From Eledone cirrhosa (taxonomy: Eukaryota), in the NCBI GenBank assembly GCA_964016885.1, contig OZ024743.1, positions 373,302,001-373,366,000 of the forward strand: 64,000 nt of DNA, in the 5' to 3' direction. This document shows, in pieces, positions 1 through 13,217 of this stretch. Within the stretch, counting starts at the first letter, position 1, and each line of letters begins with the position of its first letter. The notes below the pieces were generated by a model. The model ran no database searches and was not told the DNA's origin. It was given only the letters and a program-made list of their open reading frames with translations. The position numbers were made by a program, and so were the translations under genes.

Positions 1-889
1 GAAGCCATCACTTTTTCAACCGCCTTTTAACCTTTTTGTGACAGTTCTATTGGAAGACACTACCAAAATTGTTGAATCATTTTGAAAATAATCAAGAATT
101 TAGACGAATTTAGTAATATAACTAACTTTTTCATTATTAAGATGGTGTTTGGAACATAATTTAAAGGTTCTTAGTAAAATTATGATGGAAAGTTTTTCGA
201 TAAATATAAACACTTTCAAATAAACAACTTAGTATGATATAACCAGGTGTGGTTTCAAGTAGTTTGATGTTAAAAGGGCTAAATAGCCGTTCTTTATTGA
301 TTAAAACAAGATAAATCAATGATGTTTTTATGCTAACAAGAATTTTTTCTGTCGATAAACTTTGATGAGAATAGAATTGCAACACTTGACATTAGTCAGG
401 CAGTTCTGTGAATCTTGGCATAAAAAGTTTAAATGTCAAACTCCATAAATGAAGGTAGAATATAAGATATAAATGGAGATGTTAAATATTGCATTTATTT
501 CTGTTGCCTTTATTGCTGTGTTTTCTAGATACACATCGAAGCTATTACATCATATGACACCTGTTTGTTATTTATATATAACTTATAGACACTTGCAATG
601 TTGTTGGTTTGATGCATTGTATAAAGGGTATAAAATAGTGCATTTGGGAGTTTTATATTGAATAATAATAATACTCGATTCGTTTGCAAGCAAACAGCCT
701 CATACGCTATGTATTTTAGATGACCATTGCCATCCTTTTGTTCTAGCAAATCAAATATTATTATTCGATATAAAACTCACAAATACATTTACGTATCTAT
801 ATTAGTGCGAAAAAAAAATTCTAATTTTGTAGAAAATAGTGTTTTATCTGAAGGCTACAGCAATACAAATGGGACATTAACTGTTAATA

Positions 890-1380
890 ATAACAAAGTT
901 AATATAAAGATTGATGTACTCCTGCATGGAGGTGCTATAAAATAGCTTACAAAATAGGATTAAGACCCTTTAAAGATGAAACGCACATGAGAACATCATT
1001 CTTTATATTAACTTATCTTCTCAGCACTTTGTAAAAGTTCAAATGATCGGCTAAATATATACACAATGTTTGTTTACTATTATGATGTTTGTTGACATCT
1101 GAAAGCTATCTAATTTGTTTTAACTATCTAATTTAAGACTGTAAGAGTTGTCATGATCCCTTGGCTTAATGGTCTAAAGCACCCAGCTGGTATCTGGAAG
1201 ATGTGGGGTTCAATTCCACATAGTGGCTGATGGCAACTTCTCTTTCCATCTTTAAAGGCTCTTTACGCTGTTTTATAAGCTATTTTATAGCATCCTCATG
1301 CAGGAGTACATTATTCTTTATATTAACTTTATCTTCTCAGCACTTTGTAAAAGTTTGAATGATTGGTTACATATACATGA
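890..1380. repeat. Rearranged copies of a tRNA-headed SINE-like repeat (inverted and direct fragments)
   Basis: ~900-980 is the reverse complement of ~1245-1325; ~995-1065 repeats ~1311-1376; A/B-box-like tggcttaatggt and ggttcaattcc at ~1162-1217. Confidence 0.55.
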
Positions 1381-1468
1381 ATAACTAAGATGTTAGAATA
1401 TTTCTTCAATTCTTGTTTTGGTGAAGGGTTTTTATCCCCAAATATTAGGGACTATCAAATAATTCAAA

Positions 1469-3876
1469 TGTGGTTAGAAAAAGTTGGGAACGTACCAGCG
1501 TCCCCGCACTGGGTTGTCGGCCTTCACCCTCCCCACGATCTCCTGCATCATGGCCACCGTCCTCTCTCCCACTCTGTCACTCCTCCCGCTCGTCTCTTGA
1601 CATAGCTGCATGCCGTCCGGAGCCACCCAGCGATCGGGTAGTGACCCACCAGCTTTCCACACACCGAGAAAAGCTCCCGCCTATTCATACTTGGGCCCAG
1701 TTCCGGAACTTCGTTTCCCCTCTGGAACACTAAAACGCCCGTCTTGTCTCGCCGTAGCCTACGTCCCAGCGCGGCTCCTCCCTCCAATGCTTCTGATGGC
1801 TTCGCAGTCAGTCCATACCTCTGCAAATGGCTCGTGACCTCCGCCGTCGACACCACCGACTTGTCCACTAGGATGTCGTCAATATAGGAGTTAGTAGCCC
1901 TCTTTATCTTGTCGGCCCTCCCCAGAGCGGTCTTGAGGACCGCCGCCATGATCTTCGGTGCGGAGCTCAGCCCGAAACCGAGCCTGGTCAGGCAATATGT
2001 CCAGCCCTTATATCTGACCAGCTGATACCGCCAGAGCTTCTCATCTATATGCAACTGCAAGTAAGCCGACTTTAGATTCACGATCGCTGAACCCCCGTCA
2101 TGCGTCTCCACTCACGCAGCGTTTCCCCACAGCCACCCGTGTGGCATGACACATGCTCGTTCAGCCCTAATAGTCCAGCACCGGCCTCACCTTGCTCTTC
2201 GTGGGTTGCACCACCGCCATCAACGGCAATACTCCGCACTTCACCTCCTCCTTCCAGGGAAGCAGTATGCCCTCTTCGATCCATCTCTCTACCTGTCGCT
2301 CGAACTCGCTCCTAGCGTTTCCCTTCAATGTGTGTTGATAGCAGCCCACTTTGGTCTTCAGTGTTGGTGGTTCTCCCTTCCAGTACCACTCAACAACCCA
2401 TCGCTGCCCATCAAACACGGCCTTGAAGTCTTTGTCCTGTACAGTGTAAGCGGGGTATTCCTCCTCATGGGCCTTCTGGTTCTCATGACGTGCACTCACA
2501 GCGCATACCGATGCAGTGGCGCCAAACGACACACCGACATTGTTCACCGTGACGCCCCCTAGACGGCCAATCGCGCCGATCCCATCCACCACACTGTCTA
2601 CCACGATGGCGGAAAGCCTTATCCTCCTTCCCCGTACCGCTATTTCCATCTCGCTGCGAATTCGGCATTCAATTTTCCTGCCATCGACTGCCCTTACGCT
2701 GCTCTTCCCTCCCCACCTCTGCGTCACCCCCGCGGTCACCAGTGTCGTCGTACAGCCCGTATCCACGAGGGCTCGCTGTGGCTTCCCCCTCACGAAGACT
2801 TCCACCACGGGCAGCGCCGCTACTCGTAAGGGGCAACTACCGGCGCAGTAGTTCCCCTTGGATCGTTTCCCTGGTCGCAGTTAGTAGCGATGTGGCCTGG
2901 TCGCTTACACCGGTAGCAAATTATCTCCGGCTTCGACTCTCTACAGTCTCTAGCCATATGCGGGCCCTGGCACCGAAAACAGCGCCCCCTAAACGCATGC
3001 GGACGGCCGCGTGCCGAGGTTGCCTCTCTTTCACCATTTCGCTGCCAGGTGTCCTGAGTCTCCGTAGTTGCTTATCGCCGCAACACTCTTTTTGGCATCT
3101 TCCGCTATGATCCGGGCTTGTTCCACCAGTGAACGCATTTCCATCTCTTTATAACCCGGGACTTGCTGCAGTTTCACCGCTATGTCGTCCGGAAATCCAT
3201 TGATGAACGCCAACCGCACCGTGCGTTCGCATTCTGCCTGGTAACCGGCCAACATAGCCAACCGCCTTATTTCCGCTGCGAAAATGTCGATGCGCTCACC
3301 ATTCCACCTGATTCTCGCCAGCTTAGCGAATGCATCCATCAGACGCCTCTCAATCTTCTGCACATCTCTTTGGCTGTGCTCGTCCAACTCAAGGAAGAGT
3401 ACCAGCGCGTCGCCCTCGAGGTACAATGCCATGAGGCCGGCCACGTCCTCTATCTTCTGCAAGCTTGCGACCAGCCGAACCTTCCGCAGCCAAGCGACAA
3501 CATCACCTTCCCCGGTGAATGCCCTGATAGCTTCGTTCATCCGTAGTCTTGTCGCCATCTTCTGATTTGTCTTGCGGCAAGTGTTTTTTTGTTTTTTTTT
3601 TTTTCAGTCGCCGAAATAGCTTGTGGTTAGAAAAAGCTATCTCACTTACTGCTTTTCACAGGCGCCGCCAAATTCCACTGCAGGTACTCCTCTTCCATGT
3701 GCGTCCAACTGCTTAACACCGGGAGCTGCCCAAAACTCGCGTCCACACCGTGTGCTGGTCACCACTAGAGAGAGGCCCTCTGCTGGCCCTTCCGGTCGAG
3801 CATCCTTCCGGCCAAAAACCCCTTCCTGTCGAGCACTCCCCCGCCTCCGGCCACCGCACGCCACACCATACCCACA
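1469..3876 (-). mobile_element. LTR retrotransposon with an internal deletion (gag, protease, RT; no RNase H or integrase); clade unassigned (Ty3/Gypsy-like or BEL-related)
   Basis: GC-rich block with termini TGTGG...CCACA and 5-bp TSD TCAAA (1464-1468 and 3877-3881). Gag ORF 3031-3558, followed by Zn knuckles CFRCQGPHMARDC and CYRCKRPGHIATNC (~2875-2985). Protease ALVDTGC; RT motifs LTRLGFGL and YIDD. Frameshifted. Confidence 0.9.
3622..3876 (-). repeat. 5' LTR (~255 bp) of the LTR element
   Basis: TG...CA bounded. Its 15-bp end tgtggttagaaaaag recurs exactly at 1469-1483, the remnant of the other LTR. Confidence 0.85.
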
Positions 3877-4027
3877 TCAAAGATAACATTCCAACATCTT
3901 TATTATTTTTAACATTTAATGTCCCTATTTGCTTTGCTGTAGCCTTTTAATAAAACATTATTAATGCAATATGTATCTTATTGAGATTTGTTTAAAATGT
4001 ATGCATTTATAGACATTTTTTTTTTTT

Positions 4028-4190
4028 TTCGCACCAGTCGCCATTGAGACCTCAGGCGTCCTCGGACCCCATACTGTTGAGCTCCTCTGCAAGATCAGAA
4101 TTTCAGCAGCCTGTCTGAGGAAGGAGCCCTACGAGGTGGGGTGGCTGTTGCAGTGGGTGTCGCTTGCCATTGTCTGCGGAAATGCTTTTA
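4028..4190 (+). mobile_element. 3' remnant of a CRE/NeSL-type non-LTR retrotransposon (restriction-like endonuclease C-terminus)
   Basis: Translates as FAPVAIETSGVLGP...EVGWLLQWVSLAIVCGNA, matching the P.A.ET.G...QR.S.AI.RGNA terminal motif. Confidence 0.7.
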
Positions 4191-5318
4191 CCCAGAGCCC
4201 GTCACCCTCTCCTTTTCCCCCTCCTTTTCTTCTGTGACCTTAGACTCCTTGCTTTTTCACTCTTTTTTCCTCTCATGGCTTTTATAGTCCTGTCCTCTAC
4301 TTTCCCATACAGATTGATCTGCCCTTCTTTACCCATTTCCCTTTTTCTCATTGCTTAATTTTGCTTTTATCTTTCTTTTTCATATTTATGTAAACATCAA
4401 TGGTTTTTAAGCCAACTTTGTGAATATTGTAATGTTATTTATGCAACTGAGAATTATAAAGAAATAGGGAAAACAAAAAACAATGTATCTAAGCTATTGA
4501 TGTAGGTGATTTATAGAGATCTGTTTAAGCTATTGAAGTATGTGATGAATGTTAGCCGTATACACTCCTTTTGATACTAACCTGCCTGAAACTGCCTCTA
4601 GTTCTATAAAACAGAACATCCCATTTTATAGGGTTCTTATTTAAACTAAAATCTTCCAACATAATTTGATATAAGAACCTATTTTATGATTATATTAAAA
4701 TATTATCTTAATGAAATAATTATGTTAGTAAACCCCTTCAAATTCTTTATTAATTAATTCAAATACAGTGTATTTCATTATAAATATGGTAACGAAAGAG
4801 GTATACCTTACTTCAAATAAGGTATGGGATGGTATCAGGAAGGGCATCTAGCTATAACAAACTGGCCTTGAGGGTCTTCTCTCAACTCATGCAAGCATGA
4901 AAAATATGGATGTATTGATGAGGATGATGATAATAATTATTATGTGAATGTTTTTCAGTTCTGAAAAATATATTTTGATATCATATTTCTAATGAAATAC
5001 ATTGCCTGTCTATTGCAATTTATTTTTGAAAATTATGAAGAATTAGGAGGAATTTAGTAATGAAGCTTAACCTTTTCATTATTCAACTGATGTCTTGAAT
5101 ATTTCTTAACAAATGGTTTTTACATAGAATTATAGGTTATAATTTTGATATGAACACTTTAAAACAGGCAATCTTGTAACATAGAACCAGCAATGGTTTC
5201 CGGCAAGTTGATATCAAAAGGTTAATTTTATCAAAGTGTGCAATAATTCATAACATTGGTAAATTCTATTGTTTTTGATAATTCTTATTCTTTTCTTTTT
5301 TAAAATTATATTTTACAG

Positions 5319-5462
5319 GTTCCTTTTCTTTTTCTGTCTTGAGTGGCAAAATAATGTTCCGTGATGTACATTTAGTAACGGAAGATTTTTCAGTGAGAGT
5401 GCAATATGGTTGGGCCATTTTCAGGTGGTGGCGGCCTTACGTTCATAGAGAACTCAATGAAG
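5319..5462 (+). CDS. BLTP1: BLTP1 exon ([17 protein letters not shown]...[14 protein letters not shown])
   Basis: ttttacag acceptor, G|gttagt donor, phase 1 to 1. Confidence 0.93.
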
Positions 5463-5563
5463 GTTAGTTTTGCTTTTTCTTGTTTTTCTTCTTTTTAAAA
5501 AAATTATAATAATATTCTATGTGTACACACACACACACACACACACATTTATATATATAAATT

Positions 5564-5601
<38 letters not shown>

Positions 5602-8600
5602 AGCCAGAATCAGTTCCCGTATGAGCAAGACAAGGTCAACTGACCGGACACTGCCCACAACAGGACAACCCACCTAACCCATGCTAGCATGGAAGAACAG
5701 ACGTAAAACTGTAAAGTTATGTTGGTATCACAAAAGCATCCAGCCCACACTGTAAAGTGGTCATATAGGAGACATGACAAAAGGCACCCAGCACACACTG
5801 TAAATGTGGTTGCCGTTTGGAAAGGCATTCAGCCATAGAAATCTAATCAGAAACAGTCCTATATGAGCAAGACATGGTCACCTGACCCAACTTGCCTCTA
5901 ATGGGATAAACCCATCTAACCCATGCTAGAATGGAAAATGGATGTCAAATGATGATGATGATTCTCTGTATCTGTTTTAGAATAAGTACCTCCTGCATGA
6001 GGTAAATGTGACAAAAAGATTAGTGCCAGGAACAGTATGAAACTATAAAACATTGCTTCAAAAAGGACTTAGTGTTGGATAGGAAGCTTGTGAAAGGGGT
6101 CTGCAAGGTTAAAAACCTGCTTTAGTAGGGATGAGGGCCTTAAAATGTTTGTTGCTGTGGTCTTGTTGAAATTATTTTTATTTCTGTGTGTATCTGGTTT
6201 AGAATAGGTACACTGTATCTATGTGTCATAAGAATTAGCTAGAAGGGTTGGCACCAGAAAGGTCATCCAACCAATTATCCCTGTAAAATATGCAGGTGTG
6301 CAGCGGTGCAGTCACTGTACTGATGCTGCACACATCAAAATGTTGCTGCTAAGTAGCTTTGAAATATTGCCATGCATTAGGTTTGACTTTAAACTATTTT
6401 AATCCAAAGTATAAATGTTCTGACCAGTGGTTGGTGGTGGTGGCAGTAGGGGCACTAGTAGTAGCAGTGGTGATCATTGTGGTGTCCTTGGTATAAATGA
6501 AAGCATGTAATGTTTAGTTGTAGCAGTTAGACACCAGGATACACATTACCCTAAGCCAGCCATACAATGTTCACCCTCTCCTTTTTACTCCTTCATCACT
6601 CTAGACCAACTCTACAATGTACGTCCACTTTTTCTCTTCATTACTCTAGGTTAGCCTTACAAATGTTCACCTCTTTTCTCCCTTTAGGACCTTATTCAGC
6701 CTACAATGTGTCCCCATTTTTCCTATTTAGCATCCTAGGTCAGCCCTACAATATTCACTTGCTTTATACTCCTTCAGCACCCTAAACCTGCCTAGAATAT
6801 GCATCTCTTTGCACTTCCAGTGCCCTAGGCCAACTTTACTAAATGCATTCCCTTTTGTCCCTTCAGCACCCTGAGTGAACTGTACAATTTGTGCCCCAGA
6901 TAAAATATGACGAAAAGCACTAAGATTGAAAAGAAAATCTCAGTTAAGCATTATCAAATATACCATAATTTGAGAAAATTAAGTTATGTTACAAAAAAAA
7001 AAAAAAAAATCAACTTATAATTTGACAGGCAGATGAACCAAGTTCTTGAATAAACTAAGAAAATTACAGCATCTGTATTTTCACTCCACAATTTCCATCA
7101 ACCAAATTTCATCTACAAGGCTTTGGTTGATTTCTTTACTGTTTGGTTAGGGAGGGAAAGACAGTCCCCATGACCCCTTCAGTGCCTCTGCGGTTGATTG
7201 ATGGAATGGAGGGAGGAAGTGATGCTGATATCAGAGACCTCGCCTGAATGCTTGCAACTGAGTGGACTCTGCTAAAGGCACCTAAGGACCAGGTGGTGGT
7301 GTTAAAATGGGTGACATATTAAGTCTATCCCCCCAGGCTATTGTAGAATACACTTGTCTAAAGTACTGTGCATTGAGATTGAACCTGGAACCATGTAGTT
7401 ATGAAGTGCAGCGAACTGGAGGAGTTGTTAGAACATCAGATAGAATGCTTTGTAGTATTCATTCTGGCTCTCTGTAGCCTGTGTTGAAATTATGCTGAAG
7501 TCAACTTTGATAAAAAAATATCATTGATAAAAAAAAAGTACCAGTCTAGTATTGGAGTTAAGTCTTCCTTTCTCTCTCCTTCTCTGGAGAAATTGACTGT
7601 GTTCAGATATTGAGAGAAGATTGGCACTGCCAGGTTTAAAATGTCTGAGACACACTGTTACTACAGTGCCCCTGTGATACCATTAGGAGTTAGAGGTCTC
7701 TCTCTCTCTCTCTCTTAACCACAAAACCAAGTTTGCATCCATAATGCTGACTTTCAAAATTTTGTTACAGGAAGAAATATAGTCATTTTGCACAATTTCA
7801 AATGACTGTTGATTATATCATTATTTTTGTTCATGTATTAAATTATCAATTTATATATATTTGTTGTCTCTCTCTCCAGACATGTACATACTTAGCTATT
7901 CATGTTCATACTTGTAGTTCTGTGTTCAAACTTTACCCAAATTAGATATCTATTCATCTAACTAGGGTCAATAAAATTAATGATATTAATTTTATTGATC
8001 CTAATTTGATTAAAAGTTAAGATTTGAATACTACTAATTGTTCCTATCAAATGAGCGCCCCAGTTTCTTTTGTTTTCTATCAATACATTATAATAATCAT
8101 AATTTTTAAGCCTGCTTTTTCATTCTTGCGTGGGTTGGATGTGTCTTCTTTGAAGCAGCATTTTGCTATTTGTTAAATTCTTTTGTTATCTCTCTTGTGA
8201 GATTCAGCATTCTGAAATCAGCTTTTACCACTTTTGTCCATCTTTTCCTTGGTCTTCTTCTTTCACAGGTGTCTTCACTTGGAATTCCTCTTATCTTTTA
8301 CTTAACTGTCATCACCCATACACATTACATGTCTGTACTAGCACAACCTTCTTTTTTGCATGCAGCATTTGACTCCTCTGATACTCAATTTTTCTCTCAA
8401 CTTTTTTGTGCTTTATCATTCATACTCACAAATATTACACATCCACCAGAGATGCTTACTTTGATATTTTCCCCAGCTTTTGTATATCCTCTACCTTAAA
8501 ATGTTTCTTTTCAAGGCCCAATAATCTCTTTCATAAGAACTAGAAAGTATAGATAGTTGACTACATATTCTTATTTTGCCTTTCACCTCTCCTACCCCCC

Positions 8601-11600
8601 TATGCCAGATATAATTCATTCTCTCATCATTGTTTTACATCTGCTTGTTTATAAACTCATAAATAAATATATCCACCGGCTGATATAGTTTTGTGAAATA
8701 ATCAATATAAATTGATTGATATTTTTGGTAGTCATGTTTAGTCAGTGATTAAATTGATTCACCTAGCAACTCTACCAGAACATTTTAGTTCTAGCTTTTT
8801 TATATTCACAGTATAAGAATGTAAAGGTATAAGGCTTCAGATTTATAAGAATAGGTGCAGGCAATGACCATATGGTTAAGAAGTTTGTTTTGCAACCATG
8901 TGATTCTGGATTTGAATTGATAGAGGATTGCTCCCAGTACTGGACTGGTATTTTTTTTATTGACCATGAAAAGATGAAAGGCAAAGTTGACCTCAGCGAG
9001 ATTTGGACTTAGATGCTCTGACGACTCTGCCAATTTAGTGTTAAAAATTTCATCATACTCTGTACGACCTTGTCACTGACATGATAAATATGAAGTGAAT
9101 TTCACAGTTTTTGTGTGTATATTGAATAGCTAAACTAATTCTTCCATGATGTAATTGCTTCAGTGTGAAAAAAAATTATATTCATATTCTACATCAAGGC
9201 TTCTAAAAGTGGGTAATATCACCTACCCACTTCCTGGGTTTGATGGGACTACCCAGGTATATAATTGAGCACTGGGGCCAAAACCTGATATTTGTAAAGA
9301 AATCTAAATACATATAATGTAGTTCTCCAAAGTGGTTGACTAAACACACATGCTTTCCTCCTGTGAAAAAGTTTTTTTTCCATTTCTTCCTTTTCTTACT
9401 CTCGTCTATCCTTCTATTTCTTCTCTCTCTCATTCTAACTTCTGATGAAGGACTAACATCTAAAATGTCAACACTCTTTTCTTACAATATCAAGCATGTT
9501 GTTTTTCATTGATTTTTTGGATACATAGAATAATACAATGAAATACAACTTGCTTATATAGGTTTCTGATTGCTATATATTTAGCCTTTGTTATTCATCT
9601 ATTTTATATTGTTTACTGATTTATTTATTTGTTGTTTTTGTACAAACCTGGAGGTCAATGAAGCATCAAGGGTTCCATTCCAAAGGGTGGCAATAGTCTA
9701 AAACGTTTTGGGATCTCCATTCTAGATATTTACTTAGTATTCTGATTGTTTGTTTACTACTGTATCTGGGTCAATACATTACTTGTGTGTGTGTAAGTTT
9801 AACTGTCCTGAAATAATTGTTTCATTCTGTAGTTTTTGTTGTTGATGATGATGATAATGATAATTAACTGAGCTGAGGTGAGAAAAATGTCCTGATCAGA
9901 CAGACAATAGGATGTAAGTTAATCTGCTAAAACTGTAAACTTGCTCATAGTTTTTTCTCTTAGTATTCAGAGCAAAAAAACTGAGAAAGAATATTTAATT
10001 ATCAGCTATTGTTTGTCTCAATAAATCAGCTTAAGGAGGGTTTCTTGTTATCAAATAATATCTCACTGTTAATATAGTTTTTTGTTTAATATCTTTCAAC
10101 TAAACTTTTGTTTATTCTAGAAATATAATTTCTATTTTTATATAGGATTGACCTTATAGTCTATAAACTTGCCAAATAAGCCTTAAGCTGAGGGATGGAG
10201 GAGGAGGAGGAGGAGGAGGAGGGGGGAGGGTTAAGGCTATTTCCCCTGCTAAAAGCTAGGGTTAACCTTGTAAGTGAAAAGGGGGGAATGGCAGACTTCT
10301 CCTTTTTGTCCTATCTTCTACATCCCATCACCCCATTACCAACCTCCTTGCTTTCATTTCCTTTTCCATCTTTAGCCATGTATTTTTTATCATCCCCTCC
10401 CTACCTCTATTTTCTTTCACATTAATTTTTAAAACTCTGTCACCTCATTCCATTTCTCTTCACAACATTCATCAATGACTCTATTCCTATCACTCTTCTC
10501 ATCCAGCCCCTATATTCCTTCCTCAATACATGACCAAACTATCTCATTCCATTTCTCTTCACAACCATTCATCACTGGCTCTATTCCCATACAATTCAAA
10601 CAAACAACATATTAAGTATTATTTCTCATCATTAGTTCTTTTGATAATTATTTTTAACCATCTTCATTTCATCACAATCTTTTTTTTTTTGTGTCCATTA
10701 ATATAAAATTCAATCCTGATTGAAATTTCTTCAGCTTTACACACTTAAGTGAACAGGGATTAGCTTTAATTCACTATTTCCGTACATCTATCCATTTTAC
10801 AATTGGTATTTGTTTTGGCTCTCTGCTCTCTGAGTTCAAATCCTGCTGAAGTCTGGTCAACCTTGCCTTTCATCCTTTTGGGACCCAATAAAATATAATA
10901 CCAGTCATAGTGAGTGGAATTAGTAGAATTATTAGTGTTGGATAAGATGTGTGTATGGACTATTAACTCCTGGTTGAGTCATAGGGGAGCTGAAGTGACA
11001 TATGGTGTGTCTTGGGCATTTTAAACCTGGTGAAGCTCATCTTTTTTCCAGGTCTGAACACAGAGAGAGAGAATCGACCCCAGTACTGGACTGGTACTTT
11101 TTCTTTTTTTTTTTATTATTCTCAAAAGGATGAAAGTTGACCTTGGTGGGTTTTGAATGCAGCATGCAGAGAGCGAGAATAAATACCACAAAACATTCTG
11201 ACATTTTAATGACTGCCAATTCACCATGCATTGGATAAGATGCTTTGCAGTATTTGTTTCAGTTCTTTGTATTCTGAGTTCAAATCCTGCTGTGGACCTC
11301 ATCTGTCACATGATTTAACATCCACAGTTAGCCCTTGGAAGTTTCTTCTAGCAGAGTCTACTCTGTTGCAAGCATAACTAGGTCTTTGTCCCCACACACC
11401 AGTATGTGATGCCCTGTAAAAGGTCATATCTATTGACTACCCTACCCTCCTTGACTAAACAGTAAACAAATACAAAAACAATGCCCCAAAAAGTCTCAAT
11501 AAGGTAGTTCATAGTTCAATTTGTGTGAGGTGTGTTAAATGTAAAGAGAAAAGTGTTGTCAGTCATGTTCACACATTTAGTGTATGTATATGTGGTGTGT

Positions 11601-13171
11601 TTAATAAATATATACGTATATATTAGAGCTGAGCATAATGGAATCAAATTCCCATTGTCACTGTCTCCGTCTCTCTTGCTCTCCCCATCTCTCACTATTA
11701 TAAGCAAATAGGGGCCCATGCGCTAGCTGCCCTGCGGCCCTGTGTACAGAATAGAGAAGGCATTTCTATGGAGCATGGTGAGGGAGACACATTGGAAGAG
11801 CCATTTGAGCTTGCGAGGATCACACCTGCGGGTATCCAACTCCATAATGATGCTGGTGAGTAGCGAGGTAATCCTTATATTTGGATGGACAAAACCTAAA
11901 ATGTTAGATCGGTGATTTCTAAAGAGAGTGCAACCACCCCTCTGGGGCTGCTGGGACACTCAAGAGAGGCACTGGAAGGCAAAGGGGAAGTAGGGGTGTA
12001 ATTGAAAGGCAAGGAGGGGTAGGTGTGTTGTGGAAAGGCAAGGAGTGGTGTGAAGGAGGAAAAGGGCAAAGAATACAAATTAGTATTTGTTCATAAAACT
12101 GTCAACTTTTGGTATTCCATAAATAATCTAAACTATAATAAAGCAAGGGCTGCGGGACTGCGTACGGTTTATTTCTTTTAATCCAGTTAGTAAAATAAGT
12201 TGGATTACTTTGAATAAATAATGAATGAATATTACATAATAATTTCGTAAAAATAAATAATCTAAAATTGACTTCTTTTCTAAGTTCACTTCCGGTATAT
12301 CGTCGCCACCACCACCACTTCAACTACCATATATATAGAAAGAGAGAGTGTGTGATGAGAGAGATAACGAGATTATGATTTTCTATACACTGATGCGTAT
12401 GAGTGTGCACATACATGTATGAGTATATAACTATAATCGCGCAAACACAAACTTATAAAAATACACACTCACGGACATAATTCACACAAATACACATACA
12501 TTCACACATACTTTCACACAAACATACATACATTCACACATATTCATTTACACAAACACACACATACAGTGATGATAGTGTTCAATTTAATTGGAAATGG
12601 GAGGGTGAAACAAGTATAACGTTTTATTTATTTATTAACTCTTTTTTTAAAAACTCATTTAATATAACTAGCAGAAAACCACCTTTTGGGTGGTTTTCTT
12701 CTAGCATGTGTAGTGTGTATATTGATATTATATGCAAGTATATATGCATGTAGATATGATACATCAAATAAAACCGTAATTGACAATATACACAGAAATT
12801 GAACGAAGACTGCGTTACACTGTCTTATGTAATCAGTAACGTAATCCATGATACATTAAAAAAAGACAATATTATATATCTGCTAGCATGTGTAGTGTGT
12901 ATATCGATATTATACGCAAGTATATATGCATGTAGATATGATCAAATAAAATCGTAATTGACAACATACACAGAAATTGAATGAAGACTGTGTTACACGG
13001 AGTCCGGCCTGAAGTGCGCATGTGTGAAGGCCGGTCTGTACTGCGCATGTGCAAAGGCTGGTCCGAACTGCGCATGCACGAAGGCTGGTCTGTACTGCAC
13101 ATGCGCGAAGACCGGTCCGAAGGCCAGGCCATACTGCGCATGCGCTAAGGCCGGTCCGTACTGCGCATGTG

Positions 13172-13217
<46 letters not shown>

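Noticed and set aside
473-661. ORF ending LYKGYKIVHLG as the BLTP1 N-terminal exon
   Set aside because: Only superficial similarity. The spacing differs from what I recall of homologues, the YYNSR-type motif is absent, and there is no phase-1 GT donor where needed.
1470-3950. Plus-strand ORFs overlapping the LTR element
   Set aside because: Antisense shadows of the GC-rich gag-pol region.
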